A stretch of DNA of 64,000 bases from Hyphomicrobiales bacterium (lineage in GTDB: Bacteria > Pseudomonadota > Alphaproteobacteria > Rhizobiales > NORP267), in assembly GCA_021775855.1 (NCBI GenBank), contig JAJFGZ010000050.1, forward strand, positions 23,335 to 87,334, given 5' to 3'. The notes under the pieces were generated by a model that had not been told where the DNA came from, did no database searches, and saw nothing but the letters and a program-made list of their open reading frames with translations. Every line of letters begins with the position of its first letter. The first letter of the stretch is position 1. The translations under genes and the position numbers were made by a program. This document shows, in pieces, positions 27,555 through 36,157 of the stretch.

Positions 27555-28547
27555 TTACTCGGCGAAACTGATCGTGGCGCTTTGTTGCACACCGCCGCGC
27601 AGGAATTCAACGGTCAAATCGCCTGGCGGGGTCAGGCGTGCGGAGACGCCAACGAAATCAGCCGGTTTGCGGATCCGCCGCCCATCTACCGATACGATCA
27701 CATCGTCGATTTCGATCCCCGCTTGCGCCGCCGGGGACCCGGCCCTGACCCGTGCCACGCGCGCTCCAAGTTCACCGATATCGCCGGCGTCGAGAGCCTG
27801 GACAAGTCGTAGCCCGCTGGAGACCCATGGGACCCGGCCTGTGTCCCGCAGCGCGATCGCGACGCGATTTGCCAGAGGAGCCGAGACCGCAAAATTCACC
27901 CCTATATTGGCGTCCGACTGTTTGGTGAAAATAGCCGAAAGGATGCCAATCAACCGGCCATCGCGGGTCACCAGCGCGCCGCCCGACGCACCTGGATTGA
28001 CTGCGGCGTCGGTTTGCACGAAATCCTCAATTCCATTGAACCCGACACCCGCCCGGTTAACACCGGAGACAACCCCGCAGGTAACCGAGAGGCCAAGGCC
28101 GAAGGCGTTGCCGATAGCACAAACCTCCTCGCCCAATTCCACATCGCCTGAAAATTCCAGCGCGGGAAGAGCCGCGGTGACCCTGAGCATGGCCAGGTCG
28201 GTTGCCTGATCGCGGCCGACCAGTTCGGCAGGAACAACTTGCCCGTCCGACGTGCGCACCCGGATCGAGCTGGCGGCGTCGACGACGTGCAGGGTTGTTA
28301 CGATATGAAGCCCGTCAAATACCACAACGCCGCTGCCTTCAGGCTCCTCGTTGCGGGTCTCGTCCGGCGGCCATTCCGGCAACACACTGACGACCGAGCG
28401 GAGCACCTTGGAAATGCTGTCCTCGCGCGCCGTCGCCGGGGTCTGTATCCACGGAAACGCGGTCATCGCAACAAATGCGATGATGATCAACCGCTGGAAA
28501 TAATCCTGTCCAGGGCATGTTGCACCAGAACCCGAAACCCGTATCAC
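27555..28547 (-). CDS. HtrA/DegP-like trypsin-fold serine protease with C-terminal PDZ domain
   Basis: HIVTTLHVV (His), TDLAMLR (Asp), NPGASGGALV (Ser). PDZ-like C-terminus (AAQAGIEIDDVIVSVDG). GTG start overlaps the stop of the 42-codon ORF. Confidence 0.8.
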   Translation of the reverse strand: MIRVSGSGATCPGQDYFQRLIIIAFVAMTAFPWIQTPATAREDSISKVLRSVVSVLPEWPPDETRNEEPEGSGVVVFDGLHIVTTLHVVDAASSIRVRTSDGQVVPAELVGRDQATDLAMLRVTAALPALEFSGDVELGEEVCAIGNAFGLGLSVTCGVVSGVNRAGVGFNGIEDFVQTDAAVNPGASGGALVTRDGRLIGILSAIFTKQSDANIGVNFAVSAPLANRVAIALRDTGRVPWVSSGLRLVQALDAGDIGELGARVARVRAGSPAAQAGIEIDDVIVSVDGRRIRKPADFVGVSARLTPPGDLTVEFLRGGVQQSATISFAE

Positions 28548-28672
28548 CTCAGGCGAACGGATTGGGGCGAGCTAAAGGCATCGGCTGCGGACATGTCGAA
28601 CGTATCAAGTACTGCCCAGGCAATCACCGAGACCGCGATAACCAGACAAACGCCGCCTATAAAACCTTTCAT
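28544..28672 (-). CDS. Unannotated 42-codon single-pass membrane peptide
   Basis: Hand translation: MKGFIGGVCLVIAVSVIAWAVLDTFDMSAADAFSSPQSVRLR*. The ATG is 3 nt after the WD40-cytochrome c stop and AGGAG lies 8 nt upstream. The stop overlaps the protease GTG start (GTGA). Too short for the ORF track. Confidence 0.55.
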   Translation of the reverse strand: MKGFIGGVCLVIAVSVIAWAVLDTFDMSAADAFSSPQSVRLR

Positions 28673-28675
28673 GGC

Positions 28676-30115
28676 TTACTCCTGTTGTTGAGCGCCGGAT
28701 ACCGAAGCCGACGACGGACGTGATTCATTTATAGCGCCATTTTCGGGCGATGTGGCGATTTTCAGGTATGCGATCAAAGCATCACGATGTTCCACATCTT
28801 TCAACCGCTGGAGCGGCATCTTGGATCCCGGGGTGACAACTTCGGGGCCTTCGTCGAACAGCCGGGCTATTGTTTCCTCGTTCCAGACAATACGCGAATT
28901 TTCCAGGCCAGGCGAATAGGGATAGTCGGGCAATGACCCTGCCCTCCGCCCGAAGAGGGCGTACAGGGTTGGCCCGGCACGATTTTGGCTGTCGGCGGAA
29001 AGGCTGTGACAAATGCTGCACGTGCGCACGAATTCGCTCTCGCCCGGACCCATATCCGCGCGCACCTGGTAGCGGCGCGGGAATTCGCTGGTTACCGGTT
29101 CAAACGCAGCCCGCGGCGAGATCATCCACCCGGCCACGAAATCATCCAGACCGGCGCGGTAGATCGTGGTCCCATCGCCCGAAATGGCCAGCGACCAGGC
29201 AGGGCCGTACGGGTCTTCCATTTCGTGCAGCAGATCCCAATTGTCCATATTCCAGACGCGGATCGTGCCGTCGCTACCGCCCGCAGCCGCAAGGCCGTGT
29301 AGCGGCCACACGGCAACCGCCAGCACCGGTCCCATATGCTCGGCCAAGGTTTCGACCCCGCCTGTCGCAATATCAACAATGGCAACTGCGCCATTATTGG
29401 CGCCAATCAGGATTTGAGTTCCGCCGGGTAGCAGGCGCATAACATTGATTCCCCAGCCATTGCGGTAAACCAACCCTTCGCTCGATCCGGTGACGACATC
29501 CCAGACGCGGATTGTGCCGTCATAACTTGCGGTGTACAGCCGGTCCCCATCGGGCGAAAATTCAACCGAGTTGACGTTGCCGCGATGCCCCTCCATCACC
29601 GGGCCCGGCTCAAGCGTCTCCAGGTTCCAGATCCGCGCCGTATTGTCCCAACCCGCGCTCGCCGCCAATCGTCCGTCGGGCGAGACAGCAACCCCGACCA
29701 CTTTGACACCGTGTCCCTCGAAGCGGCGCAGTAGCTGGTTCTGTTCCAGATCCCAGACTGCCACTGTACCGTCGTCGCTCACTGAAACCGCTCTGTCGCC
29801 TGCGGGAGTGATGGCGACATCATTGACGGCAGCATCGTGTTCGGTGAACCTGAATTGCTGATGCGGCCCGTCAGAATCGATTGACCAACTGATCAGCGAG
29901 TAATCGAAGCTCGCGGTCATGGCAGTCCGGCCGTCTTCCGAAATATAGATCGACCGAATTGGGCCCCCGTGACCCTCAAACCGCATCGGTGACCCGGCCT
30001 GGACTTGAGATTGCGCAAGGAATGCCGCAGTGAAGATCAGCAACACCAGCTTGGCAATGCCCGGACTCCCCACGGCAAGCGTGTGCCATCGCAATACCGG
30101 GTAAACCCTAGCCAC
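28676..30115 (-). CDS. Periplasmic WD40 beta-propeller fused to a C-terminal class I cytochrome c domain
   Basis: Signal-like N-terminus. Repeated ...GH.G.V.SV..SPDG......S.D.T.R.W... units. C-terminal CSICH, GPTLYALFGRRAGS and GSKMP (Met ligand). GTG start overlaps the fdhC stop by 1 nt. Confidence 0.8.
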   Translation of the reverse strand: MARVYPVLRWHTLAVGSPGIAKLVLLIFTAAFLAQSQVQAGSPMRFEGHGGPIRSIYISEDGRTAMTASFDYSLISWSIDSDGPHQQFRFTEHDAAVNDVAITPAGDRAVSVSDDGTVAVWDLEQNQLLRRFEGHGVKVVGVAVSPDGRLAASAGWDNTARIWNLETLEPGPVMEGHRGNVNSVEFSPDGDRLYTASYDGTIRVWDVVTGSSEGLVYRNGWGINVMRLLPGGTQILIGANNGAVAIVDIATGGVETLAEHMGPVLAVAVWPLHGLAAAGGSDGTIRVWNMDNWDLLHEMEDPYGPAWSLAISGDGTTIYRAGLDDFVAGWMISPRAAFEPVTSEFPRRYQVRADMGPGESEFVRTCSICHSLSADSQNRAGPTLYALFGRRAGSLPDYPYSPGLENSRIVWNEETIARLFDEGPEVVTPGSKMPLQRLKDVEHRDALIAYLKIATSPENGAINESRPSSASVSGAQQQE

Positions 30116-31263
30116 TATTCGGCCGGAACCCCTGCTGCCTCGCCTGACTGTTTGCCGGCTTTATCGGCATTTTCAAGTTCTTCTGTCCAGATGCTGTGAT
30201 GTTCGCGCGCCCAGTTGACGTCAACTTCCCCGGTCCCCATGGCGTCAAACGCGCCCTCCATACCGACACTACCGATATAGATATGAGCAACGACGACGAC
30301 GATGAGGAAGACCGCCTGGATGGCATGCCAGCCCTGCGAGAATTGCATTTCCTGGACCGCTGACAGGTTCGTTGGCAAGTCAAAGCCAAAGAAATTCAGG
30401 AACGCAAACGTTTTCGCGAACAGCGCTATCTCGAACGGGAACATTAAGGAAATCCCGGTCAGGCTAAGCGAAATTCCGATCAGGATTACGGCCCAGAAAA
30501 TGAGCTTTTGACCAGCGTTGAATTTTTTTGCCGGAGGATGCGAATGTTTCACGAACAAGCCACCACCGCGCATCAACCAACCGATATCGGTCTTGCTTGG
30601 CAGATTGTGCAGAACCCACATGACGAAAATCATGATTAACCCGGCCATGAAGGCAAAGCCCACATAATTGTGTGAAATCTTTCCCCAGGTGGAAATGGTG
30701 CCGAACGCCTCTGGCCCGAGAATTGGCAACAATACGTATCTGCCATAGAGCACATTCAAGCCCGTCAGAGCGAGTACAATGAAGGATACCGCCAGGGTCC
30801 AATGGCCGACGCGCTCGATCAACTTGAAGCGCGTGACTGTATTGCCGGATTTACCAGATTCAATCCGGATACGTCCGCGCAGGAGATAAAACAGCGCGAG
30901 CAAAGCGACAATGCCCAAAAGCGCCCAAGCGCTGTATTTCATAAGCGGGCCGCTGCGGAACAATCGCCAGGTTTCGCCCTCGGCCTGGATAAGCCGACCG
31001 CCACTCGGGTCGCGCGTCGATGCGGTACCGCCAGCGCCGTTGCGAATGGCTTCCCAAATAATACCGTTTGAATCCGTGCCGCGGGAACTGCCGGGTACAC
31101 TCCCGTCAGTTGGATTGCTTTCGAGTCCGGGTGGGGTTTCCTGAGCCTGGGCAGAGGTCGGGCCCAATGCCAGGCCTGGTTCGAGGTTAGACAGCAGAAA
31201 GATCGACAGGAACACGAACAACGTGCCCGCGACTTTATTCCACCGGTAATTGCCTTGGGTCAC
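30115..31263 (-). CDS. fdhC: Formate dehydrogenase gamma subunit (membrane cytochrome b, FdnI-like) with periplasmic N-terminal extension
   Basis: 382 aa with 4-5 TM helices and conserved His (ERVGHW, ISHNYVGF, HIYIGS). Position directly after the FDH alpha/beta genes. GTG start with an AGGGAG Shine-Dalgarno. Confidence 0.75.
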   Translation of the reverse strand: MTQGNYRWNKVAGTLFVFLSIFLLSNLEPGLALGPTSAQAQETPPGLESNPTDGSVPGSSRGTDSNGIIWEAIRNGAGGTASTRDPSGGRLIQAEGETWRLFRSGPLMKYSAWALLGIVALLALFYLLRGRIRIESGKSGNTVTRFKLIERVGHWTLAVSFIVLALTGLNVLYGRYVLLPILGPEAFGTISTWGKISHNYVGFAFMAGLIMIFVMWVLHNLPSKTDIGWLMRGGGLFVKHSHPPAKKFNAGQKLIFWAVILIGISLSLTGISLMFPFEIALFAKTFAFLNFFGFDLPTNLSAVQEMQFSQGWHAIQAVFLIVVVVAHIYIGSVGMEGAFDAMGTGEVDVNWAREHHSIWTEELENADKAGKQSGEAAGVPAE

Positions 31264-31362
31264 GGCAAATCTCCCTTTGATCCGACGTCATTTCCGAAGC
31301 GATAACCAGAGGATTTCCACCTGCTGGCACCCCATCATTGATCTGTACACATCCCTTATTGC

Positions 31363-31378
31363 GCTGACGTGCGTCAGC
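31363..31378. promoter_or_regulatory. Inverted repeat GCTGACG-N2-CGTCAGC in the fdhB-fdhC spacer
   Basis: 16-bp palindrome read directly from the sequence, ~100 nt upstream of the fdhC GTG start. Confidence 0.35.
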
Positions 31379-31403
31379 CGGCACAGGGCAAGCCGGAACC
31401 AGA

Positions 31404-31446
31404 CAAAAAATTGTGTGGGAGGCGACAATTCAATGCCGCCTCCCAC
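31404..31446 (-). terminator. Terminator/attenuator-like hairpin immediately after fdhB
   Basis: Minus strand reads GUGGGAGGCG-(12-nt loop)-CGCCUCCCAC followed by ACAAUUUUUUGU. 10-bp GC-rich stem; the U-run is offset by 4 nt. Confidence 0.5.
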
Positions 31447-31455
31447 GTATATCAA

Positions 31456-32049
31456 TTAGGTACCCTTGCGTTCGTACGCCGTGCCCCAACCCCAGGCACC
31501 GGATCCGAAGCCGCGAGCGACCACGCGTTCACGGTAAATGTTGGACACAACATCACCGTCACCGGCCAAGAGCGCCCGGGTCGAACACATTTCCGCACAG
31601 AGCGGTAATTTGCCTTCGGCCAGACGGTTGCGCCCATACGCCTGAAATTCTGCAGCCGAATGATCCACTTCAGGACCACCGTTGCAGAAGGTGCATTTGT
31701 CCATTTTCCCGCGCGACCCGAAATTGCCAGCCTGAGGATATTGCGGCGCGCCAAACGGGCACGCATAGAAGCAATAGCCACAGCCAATACACAGGTCCTT
31801 GGAATGAAGGACGACGCCTTCTTCTGTCTGGTAAAACACATCAACCGGACAGACCGCCATGCAGGGTGCATCTGAACAATGCATGCACGCGACCGAGATG
31901 GACCGCTCGCCCGGCGAACCGTCGCCGATTGTTACGACCCGACGGCGGTTCACGCCCCACGGTACTTCATTTTCGTTCTTACAGGCCGTGACGCAGGCGT
32001 TGCATTCGATGCAGCGCTCGGCGTCACAGAGGAACTTCATTCGTGCCAT
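31456..32049 (-). CDS. fdhB: Formate dehydrogenase beta (4x[4Fe-4S] ferredoxin) subunit
   Basis: CIECNACVTAC, CMHCSDAPC, CIGCGYCFYACP, CTFC motifs. 197 aa. Adjacent to the alpha subunit. Confidence 0.85.
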   Translation of the reverse strand: MARMKFLCDAERCIECNACVTACKNENEVPWGVNRRRVVTIGDGSPGERSISVACMHCSDAPCMAVCPVDVFYQTEEGVVLHSKDLCIGCGYCFYACPFGAPQYPQAGNFGSRGKMDKCTFCNGGPEVDHSAAEFQAYGRNRLAEGKLPLCAEMCSTRALLAGDGDVVSNIYRERVVARGFGSGAWGWGTAYERKGT

Positions 32050-32061
32050 GATAAACCCTCC

Positions 32062-34932
32062 CTATGCACGCTCGACGCGGCAAAGCGTCACTTTGGATTC
32101 CTGCATATGGGTCACGGAATCATACCCATATGTGCCAACCGTGTTCGATGATTCACCGAGCACGTAGGGGTCCGCCCCCTCAGGATATTTGTCCCGAAGA
32201 TCCTCGCCCTGGAATTGGCCACCGAAATGGAACGGCATGAACACAAGATTGCGGTTCACCCTTTCCGTAATCATCGCCATCACTTTGACCCTGGTGCCTT
32301 CAGGCCCATAGATCCAGACCTGTTCACCGTCGCGAATGCCGAGATCGTTGGCATCGCCCGGATTGATCTCTGCGAACATGTCCTGCTGCAGCTCGGCCAG
32401 CCAGGGGTTGGAGCGCGACTCGTCGCCACCGCCTTCATATTCAACAAGGCGACCGGAGGTGAGGATCATCGGAAAATCAACCGAGAAATCCTGGTCCTGG
32501 ATCGTCTTATAGAGCGTTGGCAGACGAAGTTTCTGGGTATCCTCGTAGGTCGGATAATCAGCAACCAGGTCACGCCGCGGCGTATAAAGCGGCTCTCTGT
32601 GGATCGGAATTGGATCCGGGAAGGTCCACACATTGACCCGCGCCTTGGCGTTGCCGAACGGGGCACAGCCATGGGCAATCGCAACACGCTGGATACCGCC
32701 AGATAAGTCGGTTTTCCAGTTTGTACTCTCGCCGGCTATGCCGTCGATCGTAGCGCGTTCCTCAGCGGTCAAGTCACCATCCCAGCCAAGCCGTTGCAGC
32801 ATGGCCATGGTGAACTCGGGATAACCATCCTCGATTTCGGACCCGATTGGATAGGAACCCTCGGCAAGAAGGTTGGTGCCGTTGCGCTCGACGCCGTAAC
32901 GGGCGCGGAAGCAAAGGCCGCCTTCGGCAACCGATTTGGATGTGTCATACAGCACTGGCGTGCCGGGATGACCCATTTCCGGGGTGCCCCAGCATGGCCA
33001 GGGAAGGCCATAATATTCACCGTCAGCCGGTCCGCCATTGGCGAGCAGCGTGGTGCGGTTGAATGTATGCTGGTTTGCCATATGCAACTTCATCCGCTCC
33101 GGTGACTGACCGGTATAACCGATGGTCCACATGCCCCTGTTCCATTCGCGGGTGATGTCCTCTACCAGAGGTTCGTCATTCTCGACGGTGATGTTCTTGA
33201 ACATCTCGTCGGCAATACCGAATTTCACCGCGAATTTATACATGATCGTGTGATCGGGGAGCGATTCGAACACGGGTTCGACGACCCTGTCGCGCCACTG
33301 GAACGACCGGTTGGATGCGGTTACCGAGCCGTAGGTCTCGAATTGGGTCGAGGCCGGTAACAGGTAAACACCATCCTTGCGGTCGTGGAGCACCGCTGAA
33401 AGTGTCGGATACGGATCAACCACGACAAGGGTGTCGAGTTGATCCATCGCCACTTTCATCTCGCCAAGACGGGTTTGCGAGTTCGGCGCGTGGCCCCAGA
33501 ACACCATGCCACGGATATTCTCAGGCTGGTCGATATTTTCCTTGTCTTCAAGGACACCGTCGATCCAGCGCGACACCGTGATCCCGGCCCGTTCCATGAG
33601 ATCCTGCGAGCCAAAACGCCCCAGGAGCCAGTCATAGTCGGTTTCCCATACCCGGGCCCAATGCTTCCACGATCCGGTTTTCAGGCCGTAATAACCCGGC
33701 AACGAATGCGAGAGCACGCACATGTCAGTAGCACCCTGCACGTTGTCATGGCCGCGGAAAATGTTGCAGCCACCGCCCTGGGTACCGATCGTGCCAAGGG
33801 CAAGACCAAGAACGCAATAGGCGCGGGTGTTGTTGTTACCGGTCGTGTGCTGGGTCCCGCCCATGCACCAGATGATGGTGAAGGGCCGGTTGTTGGCCAA
33901 TGTCCGGGCGACGCGGCGAAGCTGCGAGCCTGGAACACCTGTGACACGTTCGGTTTCTTCCGGGGTCCATTTGGCGACTTCGGCCCGGATATCTTCCATG
34001 CCGTAAACGCGCTGGCGGATGAATTCCTTGTCTTCCCAGCCGTTCTCAAACACATGCCAGAGAATGCCCCAGATGAGCCCGACATCGGTCCCCGGGCGCA
34101 GCCGCACAAATTCATCGGCATGGGCGGCCGTACGCGTGAAGCGCGGGTCGCAAACGATAAGCGACGCGTTGTTCACTTCCTTGGCCCGCATAATATGCAG
34201 TAGCGAGACCGGATGTGCCTCGGCCGGATTTCCGCCAATCAGGAAAATGGCCCTGGAATTGTGGATATCGTTCATCGAATTGGTCATCGCGCCGTAGCCC
34301 CAGGTGTTGGCAACACCAGCGACCGTGGTCGAGTGACAAATCCGTGCCTGATGATCCGTATTGTTCGAGCCCCAATAGGCGGCGAACTTGCGGAAGAGAT
34401 AAGCCTGTTCGTTGCTGTGCTTGGCCGAACCGAGCCAGTAGACTGAATCCGGTCCTGACGACTCGCGAAGGGCTAGCAGACGATCACCGACTTCGTCGAT
34501 CGCTTCGTCCCAAGTGATCCGGGTCCAACGCCCATCGACCAGTTTGGTCGGGTACTTCAGCCGGCGTTCGCCGTGGGCGTGTTCGCGCACAGACGCACCT
34601 TTGGCGCAATGGGCGCCGAGGTTGATCGGGCTGTCGAAACCAGGCTCTTGGCCAATCCAGACGCCGTTCGTGACTTCCGCCATGACCGTACAGCCAACCG
34701 CACAATGGGTGCAAACCGATTTGATGATTTCAACCATCTCGTCGCCAGACGTTGCCGTCTGCGCTTTCGCCACCATACCGCTGGACAACGTCGTCGCTGC
34801 CGCAATGCCACCAATTGTCAGGCCTGAGCGGCGCAGGAACGTCCTGCGGTCGACGGCACCATTGGTGAGCTCCGCGAGGGCCGATGACAACCGGGGGCCA
34901 GATGCAACCCCGCCAGTCTTCTTCCTAAGCAT
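32062..34932 (-). CDS. fdhA: Formate dehydrogenase alpha (bis-MGD molybdo/tungstopterin) subunit, Tat-exported, cysteine type
   Basis: Tat motif DRRTFLRRSG. N-terminal Fe-S motif CTHCAVGC. DHQARICHSTTVAGVANTWGYGAMTNS aligns with E. coli FdnG DNQARVUHGPTVA...GRGAMTNH, with Cys in place of Sec. 956 aa. Confidence 0.9.
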   Translation of the reverse strand: MLRKKTGGVASGPRLSSALAELTNGAVDRRTFLRRSGLTIGGIAAATTLSSGMVAKAQTATSGDEMVEIIKSVCTHCAVGCTVMAEVTNGVWIGQEPGFDSPINLGAHCAKGASVREHAHGERRLKYPTKLVDGRWTRITWDEAIDEVGDRLLALRESSGPDSVYWLGSAKHSNEQAYLFRKFAAYWGSNNTDHQARICHSTTVAGVANTWGYGAMTNSMNDIHNSRAIFLIGGNPAEAHPVSLLHIMRAKEVNNASLIVCDPRFTRTAAHADEFVRLRPGTDVGLIWGILWHVFENGWEDKEFIRQRVYGMEDIRAEVAKWTPEETERVTGVPGSQLRRVARTLANNRPFTIIWCMGGTQHTTGNNNTRAYCVLGLALGTIGTQGGGCNIFRGHDNVQGATDMCVLSHSLPGYYGLKTGSWKHWARVWETDYDWLLGRFGSQDLMERAGITVSRWIDGVLEDKENIDQPENIRGMVFWGHAPNSQTRLGEMKVAMDQLDTLVVVDPYPTLSAVLHDRKDGVYLLPASTQFETYGSVTASNRSFQWRDRVVEPVFESLPDHTIMYKFAVKFGIADEMFKNITVENDEPLVEDITREWNRGMWTIGYTGQSPERMKLHMANQHTFNRTTLLANGGPADGEYYGLPWPCWGTPEMGHPGTPVLYDTSKSVAEGGLCFRARYGVERNGTNLLAEGSYPIGSEIEDGYPEFTMAMLQRLGWDGDLTAEERATIDGIAGESTNWKTDLSGGIQRVAIAHGCAPFGNAKARVNVWTFPDPIPIHREPLYTPRRDLVADYPTYEDTQKLRLPTLYKTIQDQDFSVDFPMILTSGRLVEYEGGGDESRSNPWLAELQQDMFAEINPGDANDLGIRDGEQVWIYGPEGTRVKVMAMITERVNRNLVFMPFHFGGQFQGEDLRDKYPEGADPYVLGESSNTVGTYGYDSVTHMQESKVTLCRVERA

Positions 34933-35002
34933 TGCTTATCTCCTTCATATTTTTTCAGTTTCAGATTCCAACAATCAACCGGTCATGGAGACCATGTGAT
35001 TT

Positions 35003-35191
35003 CTAGAACTTCGCCAGTTCGTAGTATTTTTTGACGTGGTCGGTTTCCCGATACCCCGATTGTGACTTGGTTGATTCCGCCGCCTCAACCGCTTTGTCCC
35101 CGGCAACGAGAGCAGCGCCCCCGGCGACAGTTCCAAGACCGGCTAGCTTCAAAAAGCCGCGGCGATCGGTTTCAGTATCAGTTTTCGTCAT
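35003..35191 (-). CDS. Small 'formate dehydrogenase region TAT target' protein (62 aa)
   Basis: I prefer the internal ATG at 35191: MTKTDTETDRRGFLKLAGLGTVAGGAALVAG... (twin-arginine motif). It sits directly upstream of fdhA, as recalled for this small family. Confidence 0.7.
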   Translation of the reverse strand: MTKTDTETDRRGFLKLAGLGTVAGGAALVAGDKAVEAAESTKSQSGYRETDHVKKYYELAKF

Positions 35192-35270
35192 TTTAAGGTC
35201 TCCTTCCTCCTGATTTCGTTCCATCCAACAAAACCGCCCGATACTTCCCCTTGGGCGGCAATTCCCTAAA

Positions 35271-35885
35271 TCAGTCCATCGTGAACGCAGTCTCCTCGAT
35301 GCCCATGAAAATCCGGCCGATGGCACCGAGGGCGGCGTAAAATACGGATGATTTCGCGCCCTCAAGGTCTCTGAAAAAATGTGCCGCCCAAGGCGCCAGG
35401 TGATCATCGAAAAAGCTTTTTTGCGCTGCAATATCTCCGGCCCCGGCGAACGCGCCGAGGATAATTCCACCCATCATGTCCATCAGGGCAGCGATATGAT
35501 CCTCCGGTTCCTTGACAGAATCGCGCCGCACAATGCCACGCTGATCCATGTCGGAGCGCAGCTTGGAGAGTGGCTTCTCCATCAAAAAACCGGTCAGATA
35601 ATAAGATGCGTACGGGAGCAGTTCACCGCGCCCGACACCGATGAAAAGGTCGTGGTATTCGGCATCGACCTGTTCAGGGGATACATTGCTCGCAATTTTC
35701 CCAAGTGCTTGAATTGCCTGACCAAGCTCGGTCTCGTCACCCACCATAGAGGCCGCGATCGCGAGCTCGTCCGCGCCCGGCGGGTGCGCCAGATAGCCTG
35801 CAAGGAGCCGGTAAAGATGCGCCCGCAGCACATCCTCCTCAGCAACTTCGTGAATAGATTCACTCGCCGGTTTTTCGGCAGACAT
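35271..35885 (-). CDS. TorD/DmsD-family redox-enzyme maturation chaperone
   Basis: 204 aa. AEYHDLFIGVGRGELLPYASYY and PEDHIAALMDMM are typical TorD-like motifs. Confidence 0.75.
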   Translation of the reverse strand: MSAEKPASESIHEVAEEDVLRAHLYRLLAGYLAHPPGADELAIAASMVGDETELGQAIQALGKIASNVSPEQVDAEYHDLFIGVGRGELLPYASYYLTGFLMEKPLSKLRSDMDQRGIVRRDSVKEPEDHIAALMDMMGGIILGAFAGAGDIAAQKSFFDDHLAPWAAHFFRDLEGAKSSVFYAALGAIGRIFMGIEETAFTMD

Positions 35886-36157
35886 TTTCTTTGATTTCTC
35901 CCCTACAATTTTTATTTTGAGACAAAATCAGGCAACAAATCAAGTTTATATCTCAATACCTTATATGCAGTGCAGCATGGATCAGGTGTAGTTCAGCAAG
36001 TGAGAAGAATATTCCCGGGCGTAAATATCGCGGAATTGTCACGGCAGCAAACCAATCAGAGATTTGTCGCCTGCCCTGCTTGGCAGATGCCTCCGTAAGT
36101 CATATGTTGACAACAAGGTCCGGAATTTGAGCCGGGTCGTATTGGAGTTTATTTCAA

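Noticed and set aside
32062-34932. Selenocysteine (in-frame UGA) in the FDH alpha subunit.
   Set aside because: The ORF is continuous. The position aligned with FdnG Sec reads Cys (ARICHST), so this is a Cys-type enzyme and no SECIS element is needed.
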